A DNA stretch of 64,000 bases from Octopus sinensis (taxonomy: Eukaryota), in assembly GCF_006345805.1 (NCBI RefSeq), contig NC_043014.1, positions 55,118,001-55,182,000 of the forward strand. The letters are read 5' to 3'. This document shows, piece after piece, positions 26,876 to 37,860 of this stretch. The notes under the pieces were generated by a model. The model did no database searches, had not been told where the DNA came from, and saw only the letters and a list, made by a program, of their open reading frames with translations. The position numbers and the translations under genes are program-made. Every line of letters starts with the position of its first letter. Position 1 is the first letter of the stretch.

Positions 26876-27751
26876 GCAATGATAACACCAAGTGAAAACA
26901 TTGAGATTATCCAGAGATGTTTGAATAAGCAAACTCCAGAAAAACATACTTGAGTGAAATGTCAACAGATTAGGATTGCTTGGTCAAAAGTATTTGAAGC
27001 AAATACAAAGGGGTGTGTGTGTTGGAAGCCGAAGGAGTATTCTCTCTTTTAATAACAAATACTTGAACGGATTCCAGAATCTCCACATAATTCTAGAAAT
27101 AAAAATAATTATCTTTTCCAGATTTTGCTCTCTTTTGCTTTTATTGCACAGGTGAGAAAAAAAAAAATATAACCCCCCCCCCAAAAAAAACAACAACAAA
27201 CCAACCAAAAAGCAGGTTGAGGCTGAGCCCCAGATTGACTCCGATCAGCCCATACCTATACTCAAAGGCATTCTAACCATGACCATCATGTTCTCTTAGA
27301 AGTAAGTATCTAGGACTACATTATCTTCAATGTGCCCTTTTATTTCTAAAGGAAGGATATGATCTGAGAGAGAACTGGCTGCTATTTCTAACAAGTCGAG
27401 TGGTCACGTCAAGGTTTCCTCGTTAGCTCTATGCTCTGTAGAGTAATGTATACTAAACAGCAACCATAATTTAACTAATGATAACGAACAGACCAACAGC
27501 TAACTGATCTATATGTGATTGTCGCTATCAATAATTCATGAAATCACATAAACGGTATAACTGATAATGTATCAATCAATTTCCACAAATCGGTTATAAA
27601 GATCAAATTAGCAACATCCCCTTCTAGATTCACTTTCAACTGATTTCTGTATCAACGGTTTCTCACCTGTAATTGATGAGTATTGATTTCTAACATTGAC
27701 TTTTAAGGGCAACACAGATTTTAAGAGTACAGGACAAGAGTTGATTGAACA

Positions 27752-28405
27752 GACTCTCTTTTACTCTTTTACTTGTTTCAGTCATTTGACTGCGGCCATG
27801 CTGGAGCAAGCCTTTTAGTCGAGCAAATCGATCCCGGGACTTATTCTTTGTAAGCCCAGTACTTATTCTATCGGTCTCTTTTGCCGAATCGCTAAGTGAC
27901 GGGGACGTAAACACACCAGCATCGGTTGTCAAAAAATATAAAAACAAAAACAAAAACCCCCAAAAAAACCAACAAACCAGCCAAAATGCAGGTTGAGGCT
28001 GAACCCCAGATTGACTCTGATCAGCCCATACCTATGCTCAAAGGCATTCTAACCATGACCATCCTGTTCTCTTAGAAGTAAGTATCTAGAACTACATTGT
28101 CTTCAATGTGCCCTTTTATTTCTAAAGGAAGGATATGATCTGAGAGAGAACTGGCTGCTATTTCTAACAAGTCGAGTGGTCACAAACACAGACACACACC
28201 CACATACACACACACCCATATATATATATATACATATATACGACAGGCTTCTTTCAGTTTCCGTCTACCAAATCCACTCACAAGGCATTGGTCGGCCTGG
28301 GGCTATAGCAGAAGACACTTGCCCAAGATGCCACGCAGTGGGACTGAACCCAGAACCATGTGGTTGGTTAGCAAGCTACTTACCACACAGCCACTCCTGC
28401 GCCTA
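27752..28405 (-). mobile_element. SINE family B interrupted by a ~250-bp local duplicate
   Basis: Tail (tactct)n at the left, head ggcgcaggagtggctgtgtgg at the right; non-SINE sequence fills 27933-28183. Confidence 0.85.
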
Positions 28406-29324
28406 TGTGTACTTGGCTGGTACTTTTAATTTATCAATCCCTAAACGATGGAAGGCAAAGCTGACCTTGGCAATGTTTAAATTCAGGGAATATAAAATGG
28501 ATACTGCATGTATGAATGGCACTATCAGACATGCAGTGTTCATTTCCAATCTCCGGTAAAATTATGTCTGGCCCAGGGGAAATATTATCTTACCTGGAAC
28601 AGGTGAGGGTTCAAGACAGGAAGGGTATTTAGACAGAAAATTTTTTCAGCCAATTCCATCCAACCCATCATCATCATTTAACGTCTGCTTTCCATACTAG
28701 CATGGGTTGGACGATTTGACTGAGGTCTGGCGAAGTTTCTACAGCTGGATGCCCTTCCTAACGCCAACCACTCCGAGAGTGTAGTGGGTATTTTTACGTA
28801 CCACCGACACGAGGGCCAGTTTGGTGGGACTGGCAACGGCCATGCCCAAATGGTGCTTTTTATGTGCCACCTGCACAGGAGCCAGTCTAGTGGCACTGGC
28901 GACAAACCTCGCTCGAATGTTTCACATGCCACCAGCGCAAGTGCTAGTAAGGCGACGCTGTAATGATCATGCTCGAATGGTGTGAGTATAAAAAGGTGGG
29001 TGTTAAAATGATGATGATGATGGTGTGTGTGTGTGTATATATATATACATGCACACCATCATTATAATTATTTAACATCTATCTCATATGCAGGTGTGGG
29101 TTGGACAGTTTGACAACTGGAAGATTATGCTGAGCTCTGAATGTCTGCTTTGGCATGGTTCCTATGGCTGGATGCCCTTCATAGGGCCAACAACTTTGCT
29201 GAGGGCACTGGGTGCTTTTTTCCGTGACACTGGCAAGTAATTTGCAACAATCAAGAAAGGGCAAAGAAAGCACCTTTAATTGAACGGGGTTGTAGTAGTA
29301 GTAGTAGTAGTTGTTGTAGCAATA

Positions 29325-29552
29325 GGTGAACTGGCAGAAACGTTAGCACATTGTGCGAAATACATAGCCGTATTTCATCTGCCGTTACGTTCTGAGTTCA
29401 AATTCCGCCGAGGTCGACTTTGCCTTTCATCCTTTCGGGATCAGTAAATTAAGTACCAGTTACACACTGGGGTCAATGTAATCGACTTAATCCGTTTGTC
29501 TGTCCTTCTTTGTCCTCTCTGTGTTTAGCCCCTTGTGGGTAGTAAAGAAATA
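29325..29552 (+). mobile_element. SINE family A, full length
   Basis: tRNA-like head (A- and B-box-like), central gcctttcatcctttcggg...aagtaccag, tail gtgggtagtaaagaaata. Confidence 0.88.
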
Positions 29553-29826
29553 AGTAATAGGAGGTGGCCATATGCCAAGTGCTGAGAAGGTGAAGCTTGA
29601 TAGTAGGATGGGTAGAGATGTCTTGGCTGTAGAGGAGATACTTGGCTACCTTGCATCATAAACACACACACACATGGAGCAAAGAGCTTGCTAAAGGAAA
29701 TAAAATTGTATTCAGGATAATAAAATCAATGATTTATTATGGAGTAAAATGGAGAAGCTACCTTGGCCCGTTACATCTTGTATTAAACTAAAATAAACTG
29801 AAAAAGTTAACAATCAAATTAAATAA

Positions 29827-30231
29827 TCTTTATATATAAAAGTGAGGTTGTGTGTCTGTCTCCTACGATTTAGATTCCTAATTACTCCCACATTTTGCGG
29901 TGCAGTTTAACCAAAACCGGGTATCTTATAGTCGTGATTCATATCGAGCCCTTCTGGGTATTAGCGTGCGTCTATGAGGAGTCTACGATTTTAAAAATAA
30001 TTTACCATCATTTTTTTCCATTTTAATGCATTTTTTTCGCTATTATATAAGGGAAGTAACTCTCTAAAAATGTCTACGATGAGTCAACGATAATGATTTA
30101 AAAAAAAATTTACCATAATTTTTTTTCCATTTTAAATGCATTTTTTTGCTATTTTTTGGCTATAACTCTCTAAAAATGCTTATATAGTTATTTCCCTTAC
30201 AAACCCGAGCAACGCCGGGCGATACTGCTAG
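29827..30231 (+). mobile_element. Non-autonomous Helitron
   Basis: A|TC 5' end, CTAG|T 3' end, subterminal hairpin cccg-agcaacgc-cggg, no TSD. These are the canonical Helitron hallmarks. Confidence 0.85.
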
Positions 30232-31809
30232 TATAAAATAACATACAAAAATATATTTAATAATGTAGATTAATGATTAATGGTTGAAGGAACAAAAATT
30301 CTGCCTTGTTAGGTTTTGCGTTGCAATTTATAACTAAACCAAAACGAAAAAAATAATAATTTTTTTCCTTTTTCTTTCCCCCCTTAATTTTATTTAATAA
30401 ATGGGATAATTTAGATAAATGATTTATGGTGAAGGAAATTGAAAATGGGCCTTGTTGCAAATTTTACAGCATTTTATAACTGGACTGGAAAATTGATAGA
30501 ACTGCTGTGGCATAATTATTTATACGTCTTTTGATATGAAACGATATTGATCTGCTTCTATCGGCAAATGTGAGAGAGAGGACAAGAATATTCCGGAAAG
30601 GAGAGATTATTGAAAGGAATTGAGAATTTGAAAGAAGTTTTTAGAAGAGTTTAGACAAGAACAAGACAAACGGATACTCTTTTTACTTGGTTCAGTCATT
30701 TGACTGCGGCCATGCTGGAGCACCGCCTTTTAGTCGAGCAAATCGACCCCGGGACTTATTCTTTTTGTAAGCCCAGTATTCATTCTATCGGTCTCTTTTG
30801 CCGAACCGCTAAGTAACGGGGACATAAACACACCAGCATCGGTTGTCAAACAATGCTAGGGGGACAAACACACACACACACATATATATATATATACATA
30901 TATACGACAGGCTTCTTTCAGTTTCCGTCTACCAAATCCACTCACAAGGCTTTGGTCGGCCCGGGGCTATAGCAGAAGACACTTGCCCAAGATGCCACGC
31001 AAACTTTTCATCGTTTTAAATGCAGGATATAAAATTATCATTTATCTATTGATGTGTTGTGAGAGAGTCGTATCAAAACCTTAGGGTATTGAGCTCACAC
31101 ATTCAAGTGGTCCTGAGTTCAATTCCTGAGCTGGGCAGTGCAATGAATCCTTGAGCAAGGCACTCCATAGTCTTACCCAGCTGAAAACAAGTACCAGCTT
31201 AATTCTGATACAGCTCTCTCTCTCCTTCCAGCTGTCACATCCTTGATATGCACTGGGCTCAGGGTGGGAAAGCCAAGAAGGGATCTGTGTCTGCTTGTAA
31301 CTACACAGATACCTACAATGCTTAGTGAAATCACGGTATGTTACTAAGTCATACTCGCTTCTTAGTGCCACCTACAAGTTGTGGTTTTCTCATTTAATGG
31401 TCCACATTGAAGTCCATAAATACATTCACTTGGCTTCAGTTCACGTTTCTTGTTCTGTAACTCTCTTTCAAAAAACTTTTGTCCCTCTTTTTCTGTGACC
31501 ATTCCAGAAGGCTTTGTTCTTATGCTGTTGTTCTCTGTGGCAAGCATATGAACAGTTGTGTTACCGTTATAGTCCTATTTTATATGTACAACTATATATA
31601 ATATATACTCTTTTACTCTTTTACTTGTTTCAGTCATTTGACTGCGGCCATGCTGGAGCACCGCCTTTAATCGAGCAACTTGACCCCGGGACTTATTCTT
31701 TTGTAAGCCCAGTACTTATTCTATCGGTCTCTTTTGCCGAACCGCTAAGTGACGGGAATATAAACATGCCAGCATCAGTTGTCAAGCAATGCAAGGGGGA
31801 CAAACACAG

Positions 31810-31844
<35 letters not shown>

Positions 31845-31863
<19 letters not shown>

Positions 31864-33030
31864 GACGGACTTCTTTCAGTTTCTGTCTACCAAATCCACT
31901 CACAAGGCTTTGGTCGGGTCGAGGCTATAATAGAAGACACTTGCCCAAGGTGTCACGCAGTGGGACTGAACCTGGAACCATGTGGTTGGTAAACAAGCTA
32001 CTTACCACACAGCCACTCCTGCGCCTATATATATACTTTTATATATTTGTTTGTTTGCTTTTTTACTGTTACCAATGTGGCAAAGGAGATGTTGGTTAAT
32101 GCGGGGTACCTATTTGAATGAGTGCGTGTCAGAAGGCTAGTAACATTTAAACATATGTTTGTATAAAAGGCACAACAAAACACCAGGAGACAATGTTCCC
32201 TTTTGGTTTAGAAACCCGAGAATTTGTTCTGGTGCAATCAAAATATTCCCAGAATAGAATGTGTGGCGTGACAAGTAAACTCGTCATCATTATCCTCGTT
32301 TAACGTCCGCTTTCCATGCTGGCATGGGTTGGACGGTTTGACTGAGGACTAGCGAGCCAGAAGGCTGCACCAGGCTCCAATCTGATCTGGCAATGTTTCT
32401 ACATCTGGGTGCCCTTCCTAACGCAAACCACCCTGAGAGTGTAGTGGGTGCTTTTATGTGCCACCGCCACGAGGGCCAGTCAGGCGGTACTGGCAACGGC
32501 TACGCTCAAAAGGTGTTTTTATGTGCCACCTGCACGGGAGCCAGTCCGGCGGCACTGGCAACGACCACGCTTGAATGCTGTTTTTCATGTGCCACTGGCA
32601 CATGTACCAGTAAGGCAATGCTGGCAATGATCATGCTTGGATGGTGCCTTTAATATTCCACTGGCATGAGTGCCAATTAGGCGGTACTGTCATCGGCCAC
32701 GTCAGCGATTTTGATTTTGATAACAATAACAATAATAATGATAAAGCTAAAATGCAGATCATATAAACAGTGCATGAGTTTATTGGCAAAATGACCCTCC
32801 CCAAATATAACAAAACCAATAAATAAATAAAAAGAAAATATATAAAGAAAAACGTAAAGGCGCAGAAGTGGCTGTGTGGTAAGTAGCTTGCTAGCCAACC
32901 ACATGGTTCCGAGTTCAGTCCCACTGCGTGGCACCTTGGGCAAGTGTCTTCCGCTATAGCCCTGGGCCGACCAATGCCTTGTGAGTGGATTTGGTAGACG
33001 GAAACTGAAAGAAGCCTGTCGTATATATGT

Positions 33031-33062
<32 letters not shown>

Positions 33063-34223
33063 CGACGGACTTCTTTCAGTTTCTGTCTACCAAATCCACT
33101 CACAAGGCTTTGGTCGGGTCGAGGCTATAATAGAAGACACTTGCCCAAGGTGTCACGCAGTGGGACTGAACCTGGAACCATGTGGTTGGTAAACAAGCTA
33201 CTTACCACACAGCCACTCCTGCGCCTATATATATACTTTTATATATTTGTTTGTTTGCTTTTTTACTGTTACCAATGTGGCAAAGGAGATGTTGGTTAAT
33301 GCGGGGTACCTATTTGAATGAGTGCGTGTCAGAAGGCTAGTAACATTTAAACATATGTTTGTATAAAAGGCACAACAAAACACCAGGAGACAATGTTCCC
33401 TTTTGGTTTAGAAACCCGAGAATTTATTCTGGTGCAATTAAAATATTCCCAGAATAGAATGTGTGGCGTGACAAGTAAACTCGTCATCATTATCCTCGTT
33501 TAACGTCCGCTTTCCATGCTGGCATGGGTTGGACGGTTTGACTGAGGACTAGCGAGCCAGAAGGCTGCACCAGGCTCCAATCTGATCTGGCAATGTTTCT
33601 ACATCTGGGTGCCCTTCCTAACGCAAACCACCCTGAGAGTGTAGTGGGTGCTTTTATGTGCCACCGCCACGAGGGCCAGTCAGGCGGTACTGGCAACGGC
33701 TACGCTCAAAAGGTGTTTTTATGTGCCACCTGCACGGGAGCCAGTCCGGCGGCACTGGCAACGACCACGCTTGAATGCTGTTTTTCATGTGCCACTGGCA
33801 CATGTACCAGTAAGGCAATGCTGGCAATGATCATGCTTGGATGGTGCCTTTAATATTCCACTGGCATGAGTGCCAATTAGGCGGTACTGTCATCGGCCAC
33901 GTCAGCGATTTTGATTTTGATAACAATAACAATAATAATGATAAAGCTAAAATGCAGATCATATAAACAGTGCATGAGTTTATTGGCAAAATGACCCTCC
34001 CCAAATATAACAAAACCAATAAATAAATAAAAAGAAAATATATAAAGAAAAACGTAAAGGCGCAGAAGTGGCTGTGTGGTAAGTAGCTTGCTAGCCAACC
34101 ACATGGTTCCGAGTTCAGTCCCACTGCGTGGCACCTTGGGCAAGTGTCTTCCGCTATAGCCCTGGGCCGACCAATGCCTTGTGAGTGGATTTGGTAGACG
34201 GAAACTGAAAGAAGCCTGTCGTA

Positions 34224-34244
<21 letters not shown>
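31845..34244. repeat. Tandem duplication, 2 x 1200 bp
   Basis: 31861-33060 and 33061-34240 align almost base for base, and the ORF track repeats at an offset of exactly 1200. At least two substitutions (32226/33426, 32239/33439). Confidence 0.95.
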
Positions 34245-34260
<16 letters not shown>

Positions 34261-34488
34261 GTATATGTATGTGTGTGTTTGTGTGTCTGTGTATGTCCTC
34301 CTAGCATTGCTTGACAACCGATGCTGGTGTGCTTACGTCCCCGTCACTTTTTGCGATTCGGCAAAAGAGACCGATAGAATAAGTACTGGGCTTACAAAGA
34401 ATAAGTCCCGGGGTCGATTTGCTCGACTAAAGGCGGTGCTCCAGCATGGCCGCAGTCAAATGACTGAAACAAGTAAAAGAGTAAAGAG
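34058..34488 (+). mobile_element. SINE family B (tRNA head, CORE-like centre, internal (TA)n(TG)n, (AGAGTA)n tail), full length
   Basis: Head aggcgcagaagtggctgtgtggtaag, B-box-like gagttcagtcc, ggcaccttgggcaagtg (CORE-like), tail aaacaagtaaaagagtaaagag. Flanked by 94-bp direct repeats. Confidence 0.9.
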
Positions 34489-35065
34489 TAAACAGTGCAT
34501 GAGTTCATTGGCAAAATGACCCTCCCCAAATATAACAAAACCAATAAATAAATAAAAAGAAAAAATATAAAGAAAAACGTAAGAACTGATGATGAAGCAA
34601 TTTTCTATAATCCTTATTACATTTTGTTCCTTTGTTATTTTTCTACTTGATTAGCATTGACCCAGAGCGAAACACCAACTTTCTCACTCACATTATTCAT
34701 GTTTCTCCAAATCAATATATATATACATATACACACACACTCTTAAGCTACTAACAGCCAAGCTAGTAAGCAACTATGACTAACATGGCATGTACGTGGT
34801 GTGTAAGTATGATGGCTGAGTCAACGGAGAGGAGTTCCAACTGGACGAAATCTTGAATGCACTTTAAATACCCAAGTCACCAATATCCAAACGGTTAAAA
34901 AAAAATCAGCAGAAGGGTACCCAGGAGCCATGCCCTGAACATGGCCCGACCCCCCTCTGACTGTAAGAAGTTAAGGGCCAAAATACCTGCCCGAAAGAGG
35001 TTTTCTTTTTTCAAAACCTTCTGCTGTTCAGTTCTCGAGAGTTGCTTACCACAATATATATATAC

Positions 35066-35468
35066 TCCCTCTCTTTTACTCTTTTACTTGTTTCAGTCAA
35101 ATGACTGCGGCCATGCTGGAGCACCGTCTTTATTCGAGCAAATCGACCCCGGGACTTATTCTTTGTAAGCCCAGTACTTATTCTATCAGTCTCTTTTGCC
35201 GAACCGCTAAGTGACGGGGATGCAAACACACCAGCATCGGTTGTCAAGCAATGCTTGGGGGGACAAACACAGACACACAGACATATATATATGTATGTAT
35301 ATATATACGACAGGCTTCTTTCAGTTTCCGTCTACCAAATCCACTCACAAGGCATTGGTCGGCCCGGGGCTATAGCAGAAGACACTTGCCCAAGATGCCA
35401 CGCAGTGGGACTGAACCCGGAACCATGTGGTTGGTAAGCAAGCTACTTACCACACAGCCACTCCTGCG

Positions 35469-35470
<2 letters not shown>
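35066..35470 (-). mobile_element. SINE family B, full length
   Basis: Reverse-complement match to 34058-34488. Confidence 0.9.
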
Positions 35471-35505
<35 letters not shown>

Positions 35506-35696
35506 ATAATTTGAGGGAATATTATTCCTAACTTACAGGGAAAAATTTTTTTCAAAAGTGTAGCAAGTCCCACAGACTGTCTTGTTCCTCACTCTGCAGT
35601 CGGGGGGAGGGCAGGGAAATAAAAAAAAGAAAAAGCTGATAAACACAAATATTAAGAAGACTCCTTTAGTCAAGTAAAAGGCTGGTAAATACTTAC

Positions 35697-35838
35697 GACT
35701 GACAATCCTTCGACACATGACCTGGGAACTTATATTTACAATCCATGATCATGGTTAGCGTCTCACTGTCATTTGCTTCATAGAATGGTGGTGTGCCGCA
35801 AACCAACATATAAAGGACAACTCCAAGACTCCAGACAT
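35697..35838 (-). CDS. SNRK: SNF-related serine/threonine kinase, internal exon (kinase subdomains IX-X)
   Basis: Encodes (D)[46 protein letters not shown](S); [16 protein letters not shown] matches SNRK as I recall it. Acceptor ttctctcctcAG|atgtc, donor cagtc|GTAAGT; 142 nt, phase 1 in, phase 2 out. Confidence 0.93.
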
Positions 35839-36169
35839 CTGAGGAGAGAATAAAAGAGAGGAAAAATTTAGAAAGAAACACAACAATGCAGAGAAACATA
35901 AAAAAAAGGGGGGAGTCTAAAAAACTTCCAGTTTATTTTTGGTGAGGAATTGGCAGAAAGAGTAACTCATTAGACAAAAATCCTGCAGTATTTAAAGGGA
36001 CTCTTTATTTTCTGAGTTCAAAATCAATTTCACCTTTCATCCTTCTGGGAGTTGGGAGGATAAAATAAAGTACCAGTTATGTACTGAGGTTGATCTAAAA
36101 AATTCCTATAAAGTATTGTAGATCTGAATGTCTGCTTTGGCATGGTTTATATGTTATGATGCCCCTCTT

Positions 36170-36405
36170 GTTTCCTTACTACTCACAAGGGGCTAAACAC
36201 AGAGAGGACAAAGAAGGACAGACAAACGGATTAAGACGATTACATCGACCCCCCCCCCCCCCAGTGCGTAACTGGTACTTAATTTATCGACCCTGAAAGG
36301 ATGAAAGGCAAAGTCGACCTCGGCAGAATTTGAACTCAGAACGTAACGGCAGACGAAATACCGTTAAGCATTTTGCCTGGCGTGCTAACATTTCTGCCAG
36401 CTTTC
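36170..36405 (-). mobile_element. SINE family A
   Basis: Reverse complement of the family A consensus, with an expanded C run. Confidence 0.85.
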
Positions 36406-36497
36406 CGCCTTTATGATGCCCCTCCAAATGACTTGCATGCATGCAAGCATACTGACATACATACATACATACATATATATATATATACATATATATA

Positions 36498-36700
36498 AAG
36501 TTAATCCAAACAAGAAAGCGCAAAAAAACACAACAACGCGAGGACGTGGAACAAATATAGTATTATTGGACGCTCAGGAAAGAAGGAGGGTTTAACGTTT
36601 CGAGCGGAGCTCTTCGTCGGAAACATAGGAGAAGGAAAGATCCAGAGAAGGGAAGACAGAGGAAAAAAAAAAATCGCCAACGGTACACACGAGGTCACAC
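36498..36700 (-). mobile_element. Penelope-like terminal repeat or retrozyme-like short element
   Basis: Minus strand contains gacgaagagctccgctcgaaacgt, the GANGAAG...CGAAAC(G)T signature I associate with Penelope-like element ends; abuts a (TA)n tract. Confidence 0.55.
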
Positions 36701-37084
36701 GAATGATAATTGGTGCTGTTACAGATAGAATCTGTAAGTGGAAGAGTAAAAATATGAAGAATTTTCTCAAGTTAAAAATGCGACATTGTCTTCATTTCTT
36801 CATTCCAACGATGGAGCTTTGTATCTTAGGAACCAGCTCCTTGTTCCTCGGAGGAAGAGTTTAAATAATTAAAAACAGAAGAGTGAAAGTGAATAAAGGA
36901 ACTTATGTACATGCATAGATGCCTGATAATGACTTAGCTGGTCAAAACTTCAAAGTCACTGTCAATACGATTCTTGTTAAAGAACAACAAATTTGTACTC
37001 TACCAAATGTATTCAGTAATTCTTCAATTCAATGTAAAATTGTTTTTATTATAACATAAAAACAAATATATATATATTTGCCAG

Positions 37085-37415
37085 CGCCGCCCCGACTGGC
37101 CTCCGTGCCTGTGGCACGTAAAAGCACCATCCGTTTGTGTCCGTTGCCAGCCTCGCCTGGCCCCCGTGCCGGTGGCACGTAAAAAGCACCATCTGTCCGT
37201 GGCCGTTTGCCAGCTCCGTCTGGCTCCTGTGCGGGTGGCACGTAAAAAGCACCCACTACACTCGCGGAGTGGTTGGCGTTAGGAAGGGCATCCAGCCGTA
37301 GAAACACTGCCAGATCAGACTGGGCCTGATGCAGCCTTCTGGCTTCACAGACCCCAGTTGAACCGTCCAACCCATGCTAGCATGGAAAGCGGACGCTAAA
37401 TGATGATGATGATGA
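37085..37415 (+). mobile_element. SINE family C
   Basis: Three internal ~60-bp units, conserved body and (GAT)n tail. Confidence 0.85.
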
Positions 37416-37626
37416 TAATATATATATATATATTTCTTTACTGCCCACAAGGGGCAAAACATAGAGGGGACAAACAAAGTCAAGCCTCCACCCAACACAA
37501 TGTGTTGTCACGTTTACAAAGTCACTATTATCAAAACAGACAGAATAAACCTCAAGTTCAAAATCTACGTATTTCTTTTCTCACATTCTCTTCATAGATT
37601 TTTTTTTCTGTTTTAACATTATTTCT

Positions 37627-37629
<3 letters not shown>

Positions 37630-37657
<28 letters not shown>

Positions 37658-37734
37658 TGTGTGTGAGAGAGAGTGTGTGAGAGAGAGAGTGTGTGAGAGA
37701 GAGAGTGTGTGAGAGAGAGAGTGTGTGAGAGAGA

Positions 37735-37765
<31 letters not shown>

Positions 37766-37818
37766 TGAGAGAGAGTGTGAGAGTGAGATAGGGAGAGTGT
37801 GTGTGTGTGAGAGAGAGG

Positions 37819-37860
<42 letters not shown>
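37630..37860. repeat. (GA)n/(GT)n compound repeat with 14-bp periodicity
   Basis: gagagagagtgtgt repeated; source of the SLSH-type ORFs. Confidence 0.95.

Noticed and set aside
28176-28559. Recurrent ORF family containing YDRLLSVSVYQIHSQG (also 31789, 35255, 45974, 52091, 63534)
   Set aside because: Antisense translations of family B SINE copies, not a gene family.
29325-29410. tRNA genes at SINE heads
   Set aside because: A- and B-box-like motifs are present, but no cloverleaf forms and the sequence continues into the SINE body.
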